Shown here in pieces: positions 28,046-61,737 of a DNA stretch of 64,000 nucleotides. Location of the stretch: the NCBI GenBank assembly GCA_963693365.1, contig CAVNZM010000010.1, forward strand, positions 558,001 to 622,000. The letters are read 5' to 3'. Below the pieces are notes generated by a model. That model had not been told where the DNA came from, made no database searches, and saw only the letters and a program-made list of their open reading frames with translations. How positions within the stretch are numbered: the stretch's first letter is position 1; the number at the start of each line of letters is the position of its first letter. This DNA is from Amoebidium appalachense. Lineage: Eukaryota; Protista; Ichthyosporea. Both the position numbers and the translations under genes were made by a program.

Positions 28046-28296
28046 GGCACAGGGGGGAGGTGGAAAGGTTGGGGGGGGGGGGGGGGTTGGGTGGTGGTGG
28101 TGGTGGTGGTGATGGTGGTGGTGGGAGGGGAGGCGGGGCACGAAAATTTCAGGGGAGGGTGGGGGAGAGGGGGGAAGGGGGGAGGGATTGTCGGACCTAT
28201 AATGTTTTGGACTAGCATAAGCAGAGAAAAATCATTCGAGCAATTATAAACACACCGTGGAGCATAAGCACAGCAAGCCACGTGCACACATGCGTA

Positions 28297-28333
<37 letters not shown>

Positions 28334-28349
28334 ACAGTGTGTGTGTCAC

Positions 28350-28409
<60 letters not shown>

Positions 28410-28436
28410 ACAGCAAGCCGCGTGCACACATGCGTA

Positions 28437-28480
<44 letters not shown>

Positions 28481-28484
28481 GTGC

Positions 28485-28596
<112 letters not shown>

Positions 28597-28633
28597 CGTG
28601 CGCGCGTGTGCGTGTGCGTCGGGGTGTGTGTGC

Positions 28634-28733
<100 letters not shown>

Positions 28734-29337
28734 TTGCGTATGTGTAAAATCCCTAAGAACACGGCACTTAACACCCATGTCAGCCTGAAAGCTCGTGTTT
28801 GTTTTTGGGCCTCTCAAAAAATCAGTTCTCCTCTTGTACAATTTGTGCGTGTGCTTGAAAACACATCCAAAAAATGAATAGAACCCAAAAAAATGAATAG
28901 AACCCAAAAAGATGGAAAAAAAGGGGGGGGGAAAAAAAAAGAAAAAAGAAAAAAAAAAAGAAAACAATAAACGGTACAGGGGTGGGAAAGATTTTTTTTT
29001 TAACGATTATCGCCCCTGTGACTCCCTATATCTAGAATCTTACTTCGATCCCCTTAGCCTACAAGAAATGACAAGAGTGAAATGTTTCATAGAGTCTTAT
29101 TTTTGGCTTCCGGGCTAGGAAACTACCGTAACAATAGTCAATTTTCAAATTTCAGAAGAACAAAAACAACAACATTATGATCTTAATTTGGAAAATCGCT
29201 AGGTTCACCCTACACCTGTACCCGCTGCCGTTTTGCCTACACAGACAGCGTGGGGCCCGGGGGGGCAAGTGTGCACATAATCATAAGCCTGCAGCTGATG
29301 TTTCGTACATAAAACAAAGCCTTCAGGTTCCATAGTA

Positions 29338-31114
29338 TTAGAAAGGAAGGGTTGGGATGGAAAGAAGTGCATCCTTGACCTCTGGATAGTGCCTCCATTT
29401 GGATGCGAGGAAAAGGAAGGTCCGTGCGGGCTGTGGCTGCCGAAATCTTTCGTCTTGGAGTAGCGCAAGTAGGTGGTTCCCCAGTCTCTCAGAGAAAGAG
29501 TGGGTTCGCTTTCGGGGAAAAAACACATAACAACGTCGCGCGCGGTGTCGGCAGGAATGGAGCACGATGAAAACCAATGCAGGAGGGTGTTTTGCAGGGA
29601 GATGTTTCTATCTGCTTCATCCGGTTGGACACCCCAAGGTGACCACCCTGACAGTGAAAAATCGTGCATGAAGAAATTGCACATATATGTGGAGAAAACA
29701 GCCGAGGTCTTTTCGAGCGGTGTGGCTTCGCGTAGCAAGGAAAAGTGATCTCCCCCCGTCGTTCATTCGATTTGCTGCCCATATATATGCACTGACTTCG
29801 GCAGCTGCTTGCAGAGTGGCCCATTTTGAGGTGTCTTTTTCTTGTGAAAGGCAGGTTGCAAGCTTTAGCCTGATATATATGCATCAGGCTAAAGACGGCT
29901 GTGTCTGTGTGCCCAAAACAAAGCGCCGACCTCCCAATATGTTCGAAATCGGCATTAGCCAAACAATAGTTTGTCGACGAAAAACGTGGGCTTGCTGTGC
30001 GCATAGCTTCCATACCACAAACACCCGCAACCAATGTTGTTATTGGGTCACTCATTTTTTGCAGGTTTCGGGCACCCGACGGAAGCAGGAAGGTATTGAA
30101 CATCCTACGTACATGCCTCTGCCTGCACAGATTTTTCCGCTGCAATCATGTCTGCTATGATGTTGACCATAGAGTCACCTATTCCACGCAAAATCTCAAC
30201 AAACGCACTGGCACGCAAGTCCCAATTGCAACCAGCACAGTGCACTTGTGTTGTGAGAAGAGAGCGTGTAACGAAATTTCCTCTATGCGAGTCCCTTCGC
30301 GACGGGCCTCGTCAGCTACACGTGGAAGGCGAGTGACAACGGCGGGCGGAAAGGCAGGAATGCACGAGGTCAAGGAAGGCCAACTGGTCATATTCATCAA
30401 CTCCTCGGGACTAATGTTCAGTCCATCGGCGGCAGTTCGCCAGCTTTCCCTCGTAATGCTGAATACTTCAAGTGCCCTGTTGCCTGAAACTATTTCATCG
30501 CGCCAAAATTCTCTGATGGCTGGAAGCCGAATCTGCTTGCCCAACAGCCTCGGATACTCTACGACAGGGAATCTGAAAGGCCCTTTACCGTTAGGGTGGA
30601 CACGAACGACGTAAAAGCGTGTGTTCTCGAGCACCTCGGTCGAGTCCCATGAGCTCTCGATGGCGTCGCTTGAAATGTCAGGTAACACAGAGAGAAGAAC
30701 GGCATGGCCGTACGCACGCACACAGTGGGAGGCAATTTGCACAGTCAAGGGGGAGAACTCGAACCGCCGTAGAAGGAAACCGACAACCTCACGGTATCCG
30801 AATGAGCCAGTGTCAACACACAGACAGGCAGGGTGCTGGGAGGAGTTGGGTTGGTCACCTGGTGGTTCCTTACCGTATATCCTGGTGAGAAGGGAGAGGA
30901 CTCGTCATTCGTTCAAACAGGGGTGTGCGTTCCAGTAGGAGAGAAGGTCGACCGAGACTCTTTTACGCCAGGCTTGATAGGCAACTGCTGCGAAACGCTT
31001 GCAGGTAAGAGCGAGGCGTGTAAGGATAAGGTCATCACTTTGGCTTGCTAGCGTGAAAATGCGGTCAAGAATTTCGTCTGGAAGGAGCAAAATGGCGGGG
31101 GTGGAGGAGTCCAT
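29338..31114 (-). pseudogene. F-box + ankyrin-like protein, paralogue 3 (disrupted)
   Basis: MDSSTPAILLLPDEILDRIF..LALTCKRF with a stop at 30905. Later fragments (FPVVEYPRLLGKQIRLP; RRMFNTFLLPSGA; DERFRQPQPARTFLFLASKWRHYPEVKDALLSIPTLPF) lie in different frames, colinear with copies 1 and 2. Confidence 0.75.
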
Positions 31115-33626
31115 TTTTGTAGTTTATGTGTAGGGTAGCTACATCTACAACCACATACGTGTGCAACCTCGAGTCCTATTATCTATTTATGGCATGCAGT
31201 ATATATTTGAGCTGTATTTCAAAAGCCAAACTTGTGTAAAACCATTCGTGTACACACACTACTTTTTCACTGAAGTACAGCGTATCCCCAGAGTCCGAGC
31301 GCATGTGCTCTCAGAGTCTGTACAACATGGATGCATATGCCTGTCAGTTAACGTATGTATGTATTCAGGAAGTGTCTGCATGTGGTAAGACTGTGATATA
31401 TATATTCGAAAGTGCAACACAAAAGTAAAGATTCGACGAGGAAGCCTTTGTAAATGGTTCTGTGCACGTAATATTAATTCCTTTCCATGCAATCTGAGAC
31501 AAAAATTAGCCGGAGCGCCTTTATATACTTTTCACACCTTCCAAATCACGCAGCAGATGGCCGTTTTCCAAATTCAATCACAATCAGACTTCCAAGTTGG
31601 CAGATCAACGTTGCCCGGGGTTGGTCTTTGTACCTGGCTTTGTACTGACCCGCCGCGGAGCAGGGACTCGGAGTCAGCATGTGCACTCAAAGTGACCATA
31701 TTATCTTCAAACGGTACCCGAATGCCCTTTTTCCACAAGTCAGAATTGTCCAGCGCACGCGTAAGCATACATACATACGGCGGCCCCTTCAGGTCCTCTG
31801 CTAATCGTTAATATCGGAGATCAGTGTCTATACACTGCGACATCTGAAGTCCCAAAGCAGTAAGATTCTAGATCTAATCAGATCTGCTCATGATTGCGAT
31901 CGACAAGTACTAGTACTCTACGTGTTGAGTCCCTTCCGGTGTTAGGACCGCAAAAACACCAACTACTAGTAGCCTATATGGCGGATACGGTTAGAGAGTC
32001 TCGTTCATACATAGATTCGTTTATTCGTAATGTGGTGTGGTGTAAAAACGCAAAGATGATTATGGCTTGGCGGTGTACTAATCGGTTTCTGGTGTCTCCT
32101 GCTCGTATGTGTAATATGTGTGGGGCGCGGTTTACTCGCGGCTGCATATCTATCAATAAATGCAACCTGTTAGCTAATGTATTAGAACCGGAGGTTTGGC
32201 GGTTGTATTCTCTTTTCTTCCTCTCTTCCTCAATATATCCGTTTTAAGATGACTATCCTAGATCACCTTCAAGTTATTAATGCTGCACAGTATGATATTG
32301 TGATCCGGTGCCTTAACTTTCTTTCGGAGCTACCGATGCTAGCCTCTGCTTACCCATTATATGTAATAGGGGTGTCATATACTACGATGGCGCTCATTGT
32401 TGCCTAGCATGTACATATGTCACTGGCTGCATTTGATTGGCTGTGCTGGAAAACGCAGTAGGCCGTCGAATGTGGCTGGGCCTCCGGCAGTGTCCACGCA
32501 ATAAAAAGTGTGTAAACCCCCTAGTAGTTGAACGTGATAATAACACAGAGTACTCTAAAGCGCTCGGTACTTGCAATGGGGGGTCGGTTCCTAATTAGAC
32601 TTCGGCAAAAATCGTCAGACTGAATAAAGTTAAAATACGTATTAAAACCTAAACAGTGGCGCATGATTATTTAACAAACAATCCATTGTATAAATCATTT
32701 AGAACTGGGATATGTTGTGCTTAGAATTTTGTATGCTTTTTCCCGGAAAACACATACATCTATTGTTACAGTCAGCCCCCCAAAATCTTCCACGTAAAAG
32801 GCACCATTATATAATACTGTATCTTGAGTCTTCAAAAATATCAGAAACATATTGGAATATAATATAGTTTCAATTTCAACTGTGGCTAAAAAGTAAAAGA
32901 AAAACAGCTTTGTGCCAGCGAAGCGCCGCCGCGGCTCATAGAATTCTACTTGGTTCAGAAAAGCGATTCAATTCGAACCCTGATCTACGGGATCTAAAGC
33001 TTGCCTGACCTGGAGCGGCAAGAAGCAACCAAAACCCACCGTTAGGTCTCAACGGAGAAGCGAGCATTAGCGAAGCTTAGCAGTTCTCATTCCACAGCCC
33101 CAGCCGGGATTTGTGAGTGAGTGATGAGTGATGAGTGAGTGAGTGAGTGAGTGAGTCCAGACAAAAACCTGGCCCGACCATTGGTGATCGTGTGATGGCT
33201 CAGCCCTGATAAGTCGCCGATCACGTGCCAAGCCTTTGGTTCGCGGGTGGTCAGATTTGGCGGGAGTCGCAAAGGATGACGCCGCGGTAATTCCATTGGT
33301 GAATGTAGTGGTTCCTCTGATTGTGATTGGTTTCCAGACTTACAGCGCACCCTGGTTTGTGGAAAGTCAGGCGTCTTGCGCTCACCAATCAGCGATCGAC
33401 GTAAACATGCTAACCGATCGTGCAATCCCCCAACGTGCACCGAATCGATCGCCATAAATACTTCCTCGACCGTGTGTACATGTTATATCCAACTCGACAT
33501 ATAAAAATAAATAGTATATAAATACAGTAAACATATTTTGCATTACCGAACAAATGGGCAGCCCCCCAAAACAATTCATTTCGCCAACAAAAAAACTCGA
33601 AAAAAAGGCCGTACATCAAATTACCA

Positions 33627-33679
<53 letters not shown>

Positions 33680-34031
33680 AACAACCTCCCCCGCACGCAT
33701 ACGTACACGCACGCACGCACGCACGCACGTACCCACCCACACCCACACACACACCTTTCATATCCAAAAAAAAAAAAACCTCCCAAGCAACCAGTCCCCC
33801 CTCTTCCTCCCCCCTTCCCCCTCCCCCCCCCCCCCCCCCCCACATGCACCTCCCCCCCAGCCATATCCCCCCCCCCCCCTACTAGTAAGGCAGTTACTGA
33901 CCCCAAAAAAAAGGGCTAGAGAAATAACCCTCCCCTCCCCTCCCCCCCTCCCCCCCCGATCAAATATATTTTTGGAAAACGTTTGTTTCCCATCAGCTGT
34001 ACACACAACACACACACACACACACACATGT

Positions 34032-34172
<141 letters not shown>

Positions 34173-34943
34173 ACACACATCCATTTATGGGTAAATTTAG
34201 GGCCAGCCAAACACACATATATACAAAAGCGGGGGAGGGGGAGGAAAGGAGAAAAGGGAAGGGGGGGAGGAGAAGGAAAGGGGAATAGATGGGGAGGCAG
34301 AGGGAGGAATGGAGGCAGGGGACTCGGAGGGGGACAGAGAAAGAACGACGCTGAGGAGAAGACAGAAAAGGCCGGGAGTGGAGGGAGAAGTGAAAGGGGG
34401 GGGGGGGGGGGGAGGGGGGGGGGGGGAGAGAAGAAAGGGGGGGGGGGGGGGGGGCAGGATACAGCCAGAGAGAAAAAAATATCCGAACAGTCCCTTGAAA
34501 TTGTTGCCCTCCCTCCACACTGGCATACACGCACACAGCACCTTCCAGAAAAATCTCGTCTCGCTTCGACGTTAAGCCAAAGCTCGGCAGAGCGTGGCAT
34601 TACTGGTCAAGTAGGGTTGCTCAATGTCTATAGACAAACCGAGGACGCTGGTTGGTGCATTAAACATGACATTTATAGCAAATATTTTTAGTGAACTGCA
34701 ATTCCTGCAAAAAAAATTTGCGGAAAGAGATTCTGAAGTGAGCGAGATTGTTTTCTTCTGCGTTCGCTACGCAAAACATGGTCAATCTGATCAAAGGACA
34801 TACTGTATATAGTTAGAATTAATCAAAAAATAAGAAAAAATAGAAAAAACGCATAGAGCACCTTGTTTTTTTTTAGTTTACTTTGAAGTATAATGTTTGT
34901 ATATTATTTTTTTGTGTTTCATGAAGACCCTGCATCTAGTTTG

Positions 34944-36112
34944 TGTTGGAAGTAGAGTCCGCTGTGACTAGGGTCGTCGTGGCGCGCTTGGGCGCTGACC
35001 CGTTTTTTTTTACTGCTTTCAGTGTGTTAACTCCATGACTGAACTCCATGACTTAACTCCATGACTTAACTCCATGACTGAACTCCATGACTGAACTCCA
35101 TGTCTGCACCTGGCAGAGACGTGGCTTATATACCCGTGGGGCAGCAGTCTGGAATGTAATCCGGATGCCAGGTGCTAATCGGATTGGTTACTTTCATTTA
35201 GAGATCTCTGGGACCAGTGAACCAATCGTTTGCAGTCAAAACACAATTGGCAACATTCCTCAACTATGCAGATGTGCATGTGGTGATCGAGTGTCAGCGT
35301 GTGTCTGTGTACACGGAACCAATTGTAAAGCTAACATACACATATTGTGGAGTGAGCGTAAGTCTGCACTCCAACACCCCTACCCAATTGGAGAAGTGTA
35401 CACACCACTAGAGAAGAGAGAGTGAGTGTGGCTACTTGCAGGGTAGACCGGGGTGTGCATTCCACTGTGGTGCTTGCCCCGCCAATGAAGTGGAATACTT
35501 GACGTTGATGTCGCAGGCTGCTGCGGATGGAGTTTGTGGAAGCGAAAGTCTCTACTTCACGGAAATACGCTCGCGGGTGTAGGGTACAGCCTAGAAGTCG
35601 GTTTCTGGGCTCCTCCGTTCAAGGCGTCGTAGGGGACGTGAAGTTAGAGGCCGCGGTGTCGTGTCTGGGCCCATAACCCTGTTGGAAGTAGAGTCCGCTG
35701 TGACTAGGGTCGTCGTGGCGCGCTTGGGCGCTGACCCGTTTTTTTTTACTGCTTTCAGTGTGTTAACTCCATGACTGAACTCCATGACTTAACTCCATGA
35801 CTTAACTCCATGACTGAACTCCATGACTGAACTCCATGTCTGCACCTGGCAGAGACGTGGCTTATATACCCGTGGGGCAGCAGTCTGGAATGTAATCCGG
35901 ATGCCAGGTGCTAATCGGATTGGTTACTTTCATTTAGAGATCTCTGGGACCAGTGAACCAATCGTTTGCAGTCAAAACACAATTGGCAACATTCCTCAAC
36001 TATGCAGATGTGCATGTGGTGATCGAGTGTCAGCGTGTGTCTGTGTACACGGAACCAATTGTAAAGCTAACATACACATATTGTGGAGTGAGCGTAAGTC
36101 TGCACTCCAACA
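34944..36112 (-). mobile_element. Non-autonomous copia-type LTR retrotransposon (TRIM), 1169 bp
   Basis: Two 433-bp LTRs (34944-35376 and 35680-36112) with TGTTGGA...TCCAACA ends; 5-bp TSD GTTTG (34939-43 and 36113-17); 303-bp non-coding interior; on the minus strand, PBS GGTTATGGGCCCAG abuts the 5' LTR and PPT GGGTAGGGG (35377-35385) abuts the 3' LTR; TATATAA inside the LTR. Confidence 0.93.
35029..35102 (+). repeat. 13-bp tandem repeat AACTCCATGACT(G/T) inside the LTR
   Basis: About 5.7 copies, repeated identically in the second LTR at 35765-35838. Confidence 0.85.
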
Positions 36113-37671
36113 GTTTGTTATGCCTCACGTGTTATGGGTGGTAATAGATCTGGTATTAACTGTTTATTAGAGACAGCAGTCAGCTGATCTGATCAAATAT
36201 TTTACCCTAGTAAATTGCGTAGCGAATTCGATGAGACAGATTACGTCACTGTGTAATAATACGAGAATCTTATTCCCAAACTCGGTCACTTTGTTTATTA
36301 TGGAGTTTGGTTTGGAGGTCACGTGACCGAGAGTTTGGGTTGACGAAGATGGGGCTGAGCTGTTCCGCAATAATCCCGGAACCAATCAGGTTGCATAAAG
36401 CATGGCGTGATCCAATCAGTTGACATACACTATAGCGCGGTGCTCCATTACAGCTTTTGGTCCAATCAAACTCTGAATCGTATTGAGCATGCGCTGGGGC
36501 AAGCTGTGCCATCATCAAAATGTGAGCCCCGCGGCGGCGAGCGCAGAGTCGTAATATTGCGACTTGAAGTCACGGCAACCTTGACTTTAACTAAGTCAAG
36601 CTATGCCGACTTGACTTATTATTAGAATTGGTGAGAGGAGCTGGTGATTTGTCCTGACTTTCGTTGCGACTTGAGTCTTCAGGTGACTTTTTACTGGCGA
36701 TACACTTACGTATATACCTACATGTGGGCGAGCCTGGGAAAGAAGAGAAACACACGTACCACACACCCACACACCCACCCACACACACCCACCCACACAC
36801 ACACACACAAACAAACAAACACATGTACACAAACAGAGAGAGAGAGAGGGAGAGAGAGGGAGAGAGGGAGAGGGAGAGAGGGAGAGAGGGAGAGAGGGAG
36901 AGGGAGAGAGGGAGAGAGGGAGAGAGGGAGAGAGACTCAGGGGGGGGGGGGGGGGGGGGGGGGGGGAGGGGTGTGTGTGTGTGTGTGTCAAATTGATTCG
37001 ACCGAGTTTGGGCCCACCTCGCTGTGGGTGGAACCCACTAGATCATTTATTCTATCATATCCAACATAATTTTTATCATCATTTTATTAAGTTTCATTAA
37101 TCGGTGGTGGTCCTGGTGGCTGTTGAGGAGCCGGGGGCCTATAAATGGTCACAATCGAGGCTGGGACTCCATTTTATTGATAGCTCCAAATAATCTACAT
37201 CACAATACAGACTCCTGCATGCATTCGTTCACACTTATGTTACACCCCAGCACGTATACGTACACATTTCAAGTCGGTGACAAAAGGTGTTGGCTTGCCG
37301 TTTTGATGTGAGAAGAATAGCTGCAATTTTAGGTGCACACATAAAAAAACCTTTACCACTGCAAAAAGTAATTATAACCAAACAAGTAGGAAAAAGAAAC
37401 GGCAACAGGCCTAGTAGATAGAGAACCAATATGTATCATGTACAGAACCAGCCAGGGAAACAGTTGCCATTTTACACCACAAGTCCAACGATTAACATGG
37501 CTCAACAGTGTGTACATATGGCAACCAATCAAGAAGATGCAATAAAAGGATATAAAAAATCAAATAACAATTCCTAACGTGGATATTTTGATTCATTAGG
37601 CACCCTGCCTGCATAAAATACAAAAGTGAAATTTCCCTTATATGGTTATTAGTTCCACGGCATTCCACCCT

Positions 37672-57996
<20,325 letters not shown>

Positions 57997-58969
57997 GTTG
58001 AAAAATGTGTTCTTTCAGCACACCCCAAGTTAGTCTGCCTGGTGCTTCCGGCTAGCAGCCTACTTTGCACCTTCTTATAGAAAATGCTAAAAAACAAGGG
58101 GCTTTATAATAAGATATAACATTAGAAAGGCGTGTATGTATACATGTGCCCAGACTTAGCATTGTAGTGGCTGGCCGCACTCACATATATATGCATCGGT
58201 GGCAGGAGTATCCAGGAGCCTGTCCTTTATTAATTAGTCTGCATCAGTTTCGTCATACTTCCTTTCACATAATTTGAAATAGACATATATTACATTAGCG
58301 TTAGCCTACACACATAAGACTATTATGAGGCATCAATCGCCGCCTCAAGCGAGATCATCGGAAAAACCAACATAAACTAAATCAAAAAAAAAAAAAAAGA
58401 TAAAAAATGATAAACTCATTTATGTATGTTCAATCCTTTTTGTTTTGTATTTTGGGGACATATACTGCTATCAACCGCCACTACAGTCTGACAGTACCAG
58501 TGTATTTCATAATTAGTATCGACATCACACAGACTGTGACACAGGCAAATGATACGTGTCGTAACCGCCTCAAGACCGCAATCTACTGCACTCCTCTTGT
58601 TGCTAGGCGATTGTGATTGGCGTAATCTTACCAATTATGAATCCAAGCTCAGCTCCAGGGGTTGTAATTCCCAAAAACGTCATATTTACGATTAAGCCCA
58701 GGGGGTCAAAACGAGTAACGCTGTGAGGTGCTGTATTGGTTTTTCATAGCAGTAAAATAGGCCACCATATTGTATTTTGGTGTGTTTTCATACACCAATG
58801 GGTGTTTTCCCAGGTAAAAGGTGGTCAGGTGTTTATTTTGGCAATCCAGAGTGGAATATGAAGCCCTGAGTGCCTATCGGGATGTGTTATTGGTAAGGGA
58901 ATTTGTAAAATCAACTGAAATGGGTCGTCAAATTTAAAAGAAAAAAGGGGTCTATACGAGTCGTAAATG

Positions 58970-59044
58970 AAATGAATCCCGCAAATACGATTTAAATGAA
59001 TCCCGCCAATACGATTTAAATGAATCCCGCCAATACGATTTAAA
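58970..59044 (+). repeat. 24-bp tandem repeat, 3 copies
   Basis: AAATGAATCCCGC(A/C)AATACGATTT three times. Confidence 0.85.
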
Positions 59045-60084
59045 AAAATTTCTTTTGACTGGATTTATTCGACGGAAAGATATGCAAGTATGCACGGCAT
59101 ACTGAGAAGACAAAAATTCTGGCAATACGATAAGTTTAGGGTGAAACGGGTAGCACAGTAAAAACCCCACAACCCCTGCTCAGCTCAGCTCAGAATTTTT
59201 TTTTAATTTTCATTTTTTTTTAGTCAGGGTGACTATGCAGATCTGAGAGGGAAAAAAAAGAGGGGAGATTGGGGGCATAGAAAAAAAAAAAGCTTCTTGT
59301 GACGTGCACCCATGCCAGTACATACACCACCTAAGACTTCAGTGTGCATTTGAGTAGTAGCAAGCAATGGTAGCAAACCGCCGTCAAATATAGCATAGGC
59401 TTGTGTCACACGGCCGGTAGAGTGTTACTATAGAGTCTACAAGTGGAGGCTCCGGGTCCCGACTCCCACACTGCCAAGGTCCCGGTGTGACACTGTAATA
59501 AAATAATACAGAGTTGCTGTATCATAAGATGAATCCAACGGATTCCAACTTTGCTGTGTTCCAGCCAAGGCCTCGTATATACCAACAAGGCCTCCTGTAT
59601 ACCACCAATTTCAACTCAATAATGAGGTGGCCTTGATCATTCATGGTGCGATGATAGAAAATGAGAAGGGTAAATAAGGAACAATCTTCGTGGCGTGCGG
59701 TCACTTGCTCCTGTAATTATTCAACCTGACATCACAAATGTTCAAGGCTGCACAAGCCTTCCATAGTGTCTCAATTCCATACCAAAAAAACAGAGCCGTT
59801 GGGGTTTGATAAATGGAGCTTGTGGCAGCTTGTGGCTACATACCTAGTTTAGGCAACTACACTGTTTTATGAACTGTGGTTAGAGAGTCCCTTCACTGAA
59901 GTTCTATGTATATATGACACAAGTAAAGCACCACAACACGGGAGTGATTAGACCAACTCTCCCTTTCTCCCTCCCTCCCTTTCCAGCCCTTCATTCTAAC
60001 ATATCCGATCCTTGTGGTTATACAGTTATCCTCGCTTGTTCAGAGTGTTTGGCAGCCACTTCCGCCTAGACCAGTGCGATTCAT

Positions 60085-60165
60085 GGGTAATTATAAAGGG
60101 AGGGATGAACACGAACCGGTGGGGACACGCTGGTTCGTGTTCATGGGCTCCCTTTATAATTACCC
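60085..60165. other. 81-nt near-perfect inverted repeat (hairpin)
   Basis: GGGTAATTATAAAGGGAG / CTCCCTTTATAATTACCC (18 bp), a small internal loop, ATGAACACGAACC / GGTTCGTGTTCAT (13 bp), and an apex of 14 nt or less. Confidence 0.85.
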
Positions 60166-60769
60166 GTCAGCCTTTCACAACCTGCTTTCGATGACCACTG
60201 CAAACTGACCATGTCACTATCAACGCTGGTTAACGTCGACGATTCATTACACGGAACGTGTTGAATAAGTACACTCTAACAAAAAAAAACTTCATATATG
60301 AATTGAATAGCACCTTCCACAGCAGCCTCTGGCGCAAACGCTTACCAACTGTGTTTGTTTGGTGATGGTTGCAACAAAAACAAGACCAAGAAGAGGTGCT
60401 TGGGGGACAGAAAAACAATCGTCAGACCACGCCTGGCAGTCATTGATCGACCTGTCGGGGGCATCCTGTTATCGGTATTAATTAATTGCTCTGTTGTCCT
60501 GTGCATGTTCCCATTTTTATATTAGCTTTAAGTGCAAATCGCTTGGCCGTTCCTCAGTTCAGGATCTCAAGCACAAAAAACGGGCATCTACGAAATCTTC
60601 AAGAAACTTTGGATAGAATGGATATCGATGGAAAAGGGTTGGCTTTGCATAAATTTTACTTATTGCCTGCTGAGCTACGTATGAGTAGGATGCCTCGCGC
60701 GCCGTGACTCTCACCTGGGAGCTCGTCTGGGACGTCGACTCAAGATTGAGTCAGACTGTCTGACACGGG

Positions 60770-60948
60770 CCGTCTCAAAATATTCTATTTTTATCTTTCT
60801 ATTTGTAGTAACACCCTTACATTTGGTAGCACCAATATCCCCTTCGAACGGCCCAGCACACCACCATGGTACCACAGACCGTCTCGAAAATTCTATTTTT
60901 ATCTTTTTTTTTTAGTAACACCCTTACATTTTGGTAGTATCAATATCA
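60770..60948 (+). repeat. Imperfect direct repeat of about 70 bp
   Basis: ccgtctc.aaa.attctatttttatcttt....tagtaacacccttacattt.ggtag.a.caatatc at about 60770 and 60879. Confidence 0.75.
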
Positions 60949-61423
60949 TGCGGTGTTCCAGAGGGCCGTGCCTCACTGGCACGCCAGCGCAGGTGTTCCG
61001 GAAGAGGGCCATGGTCAGACATACTTAGGATGGGAGACAATTAGGCAAGAAGGAAAACTTTTCGAGTGACTTGAACTGACTTCTACATATCATATTTTAA
61101 AACAATAAAAAAAGTAGGAATATCCAAACATGACATTGACGCATGCATGATTCAGCACCTTTTGCTCTGATGATTGGGTGGAAGCATTTAGTGCAATGCG
61201 AACGTTCGATTGGCTCGCGCTACTCTTAACTTACGTCAGCAGTGGTTGGATGTGAGTTCACCACCAGGCGAGGACGGTAAATACACGAGAACATCGTAAA
61301 GCGTTATTTTTGATTAGTAAAAAGGTTTATATACATCTTTATCAGTTTTCAGGATTTTGAAACATTATAAGTTTATTTTTTTCTGCCAGTTTGTCGGGCT
61401 AAAGGGCTTTCATGCCGTGCCAC

Positions 61424-61737
61424 CAGGAGGGATCCCCTAACACTTCTAAGTGGGGGGGCGATCGTATGTAGGTACCTGCGCTCCCCGGGAATTTTAGACC
61501 CCGTTTCCAAATGTGTGTAGCAGTATGTAGCTAGTAGCTACGGAATATTGAGCCTCGCTATACCAAAATACCCATATTTCGTGTGAAATTATTGACTTCT
61601 ACTATATGTAGAACCACATGCAATCCTATGTCTGTAACGGAATTTTACGTGGCCTAAAAATGTCGAAAGGGAAAATCGTAAATCCGCTGTACACATACGC
61701 CTCGCCCCACACTTATGAGTTTTGGGGGTTCCTGCTG
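61424..61737. mobile_element. Degenerate MITE with imperfect CAG-initiated TIRs of about 36 bp (hAT-like ends)
   Basis: Left end CAGGAGGGATCCCCTAACACTTCTAAGTGGGGGGGCG versus reverse complement of the right end CAGCAGGAACCCCCAAAACTCATAAGTGTGGGGCG; no TSD recognisable. Confidence 0.5.

Noticed and set aside
31557-32247. Short non-repetitive ORFs (also 59400-60700 and 62117-62368)
   Set aside because: No recognisable domain or coherent splice model; possibly decayed elements but unsupported.
35029-35102. CRISPR-like or iteron-like repeats (also 58970-59044)
   Set aside because: Head-to-tail tandem units without spacers, no cas genes, eukaryotic context.
35087-36170. Duplicated 112/115-aa ORFs
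   Set aside because: They lie in the two LTRs, antisense to the element, with no recognisable domain.
59410-59480. tRNA- or SINE-like stretch (GGTAGAG...GGGTCCCGACTCCC...CCA)
   Set aside because: No consistent cloverleaf, an imperfect B box, and no second copy in the window.
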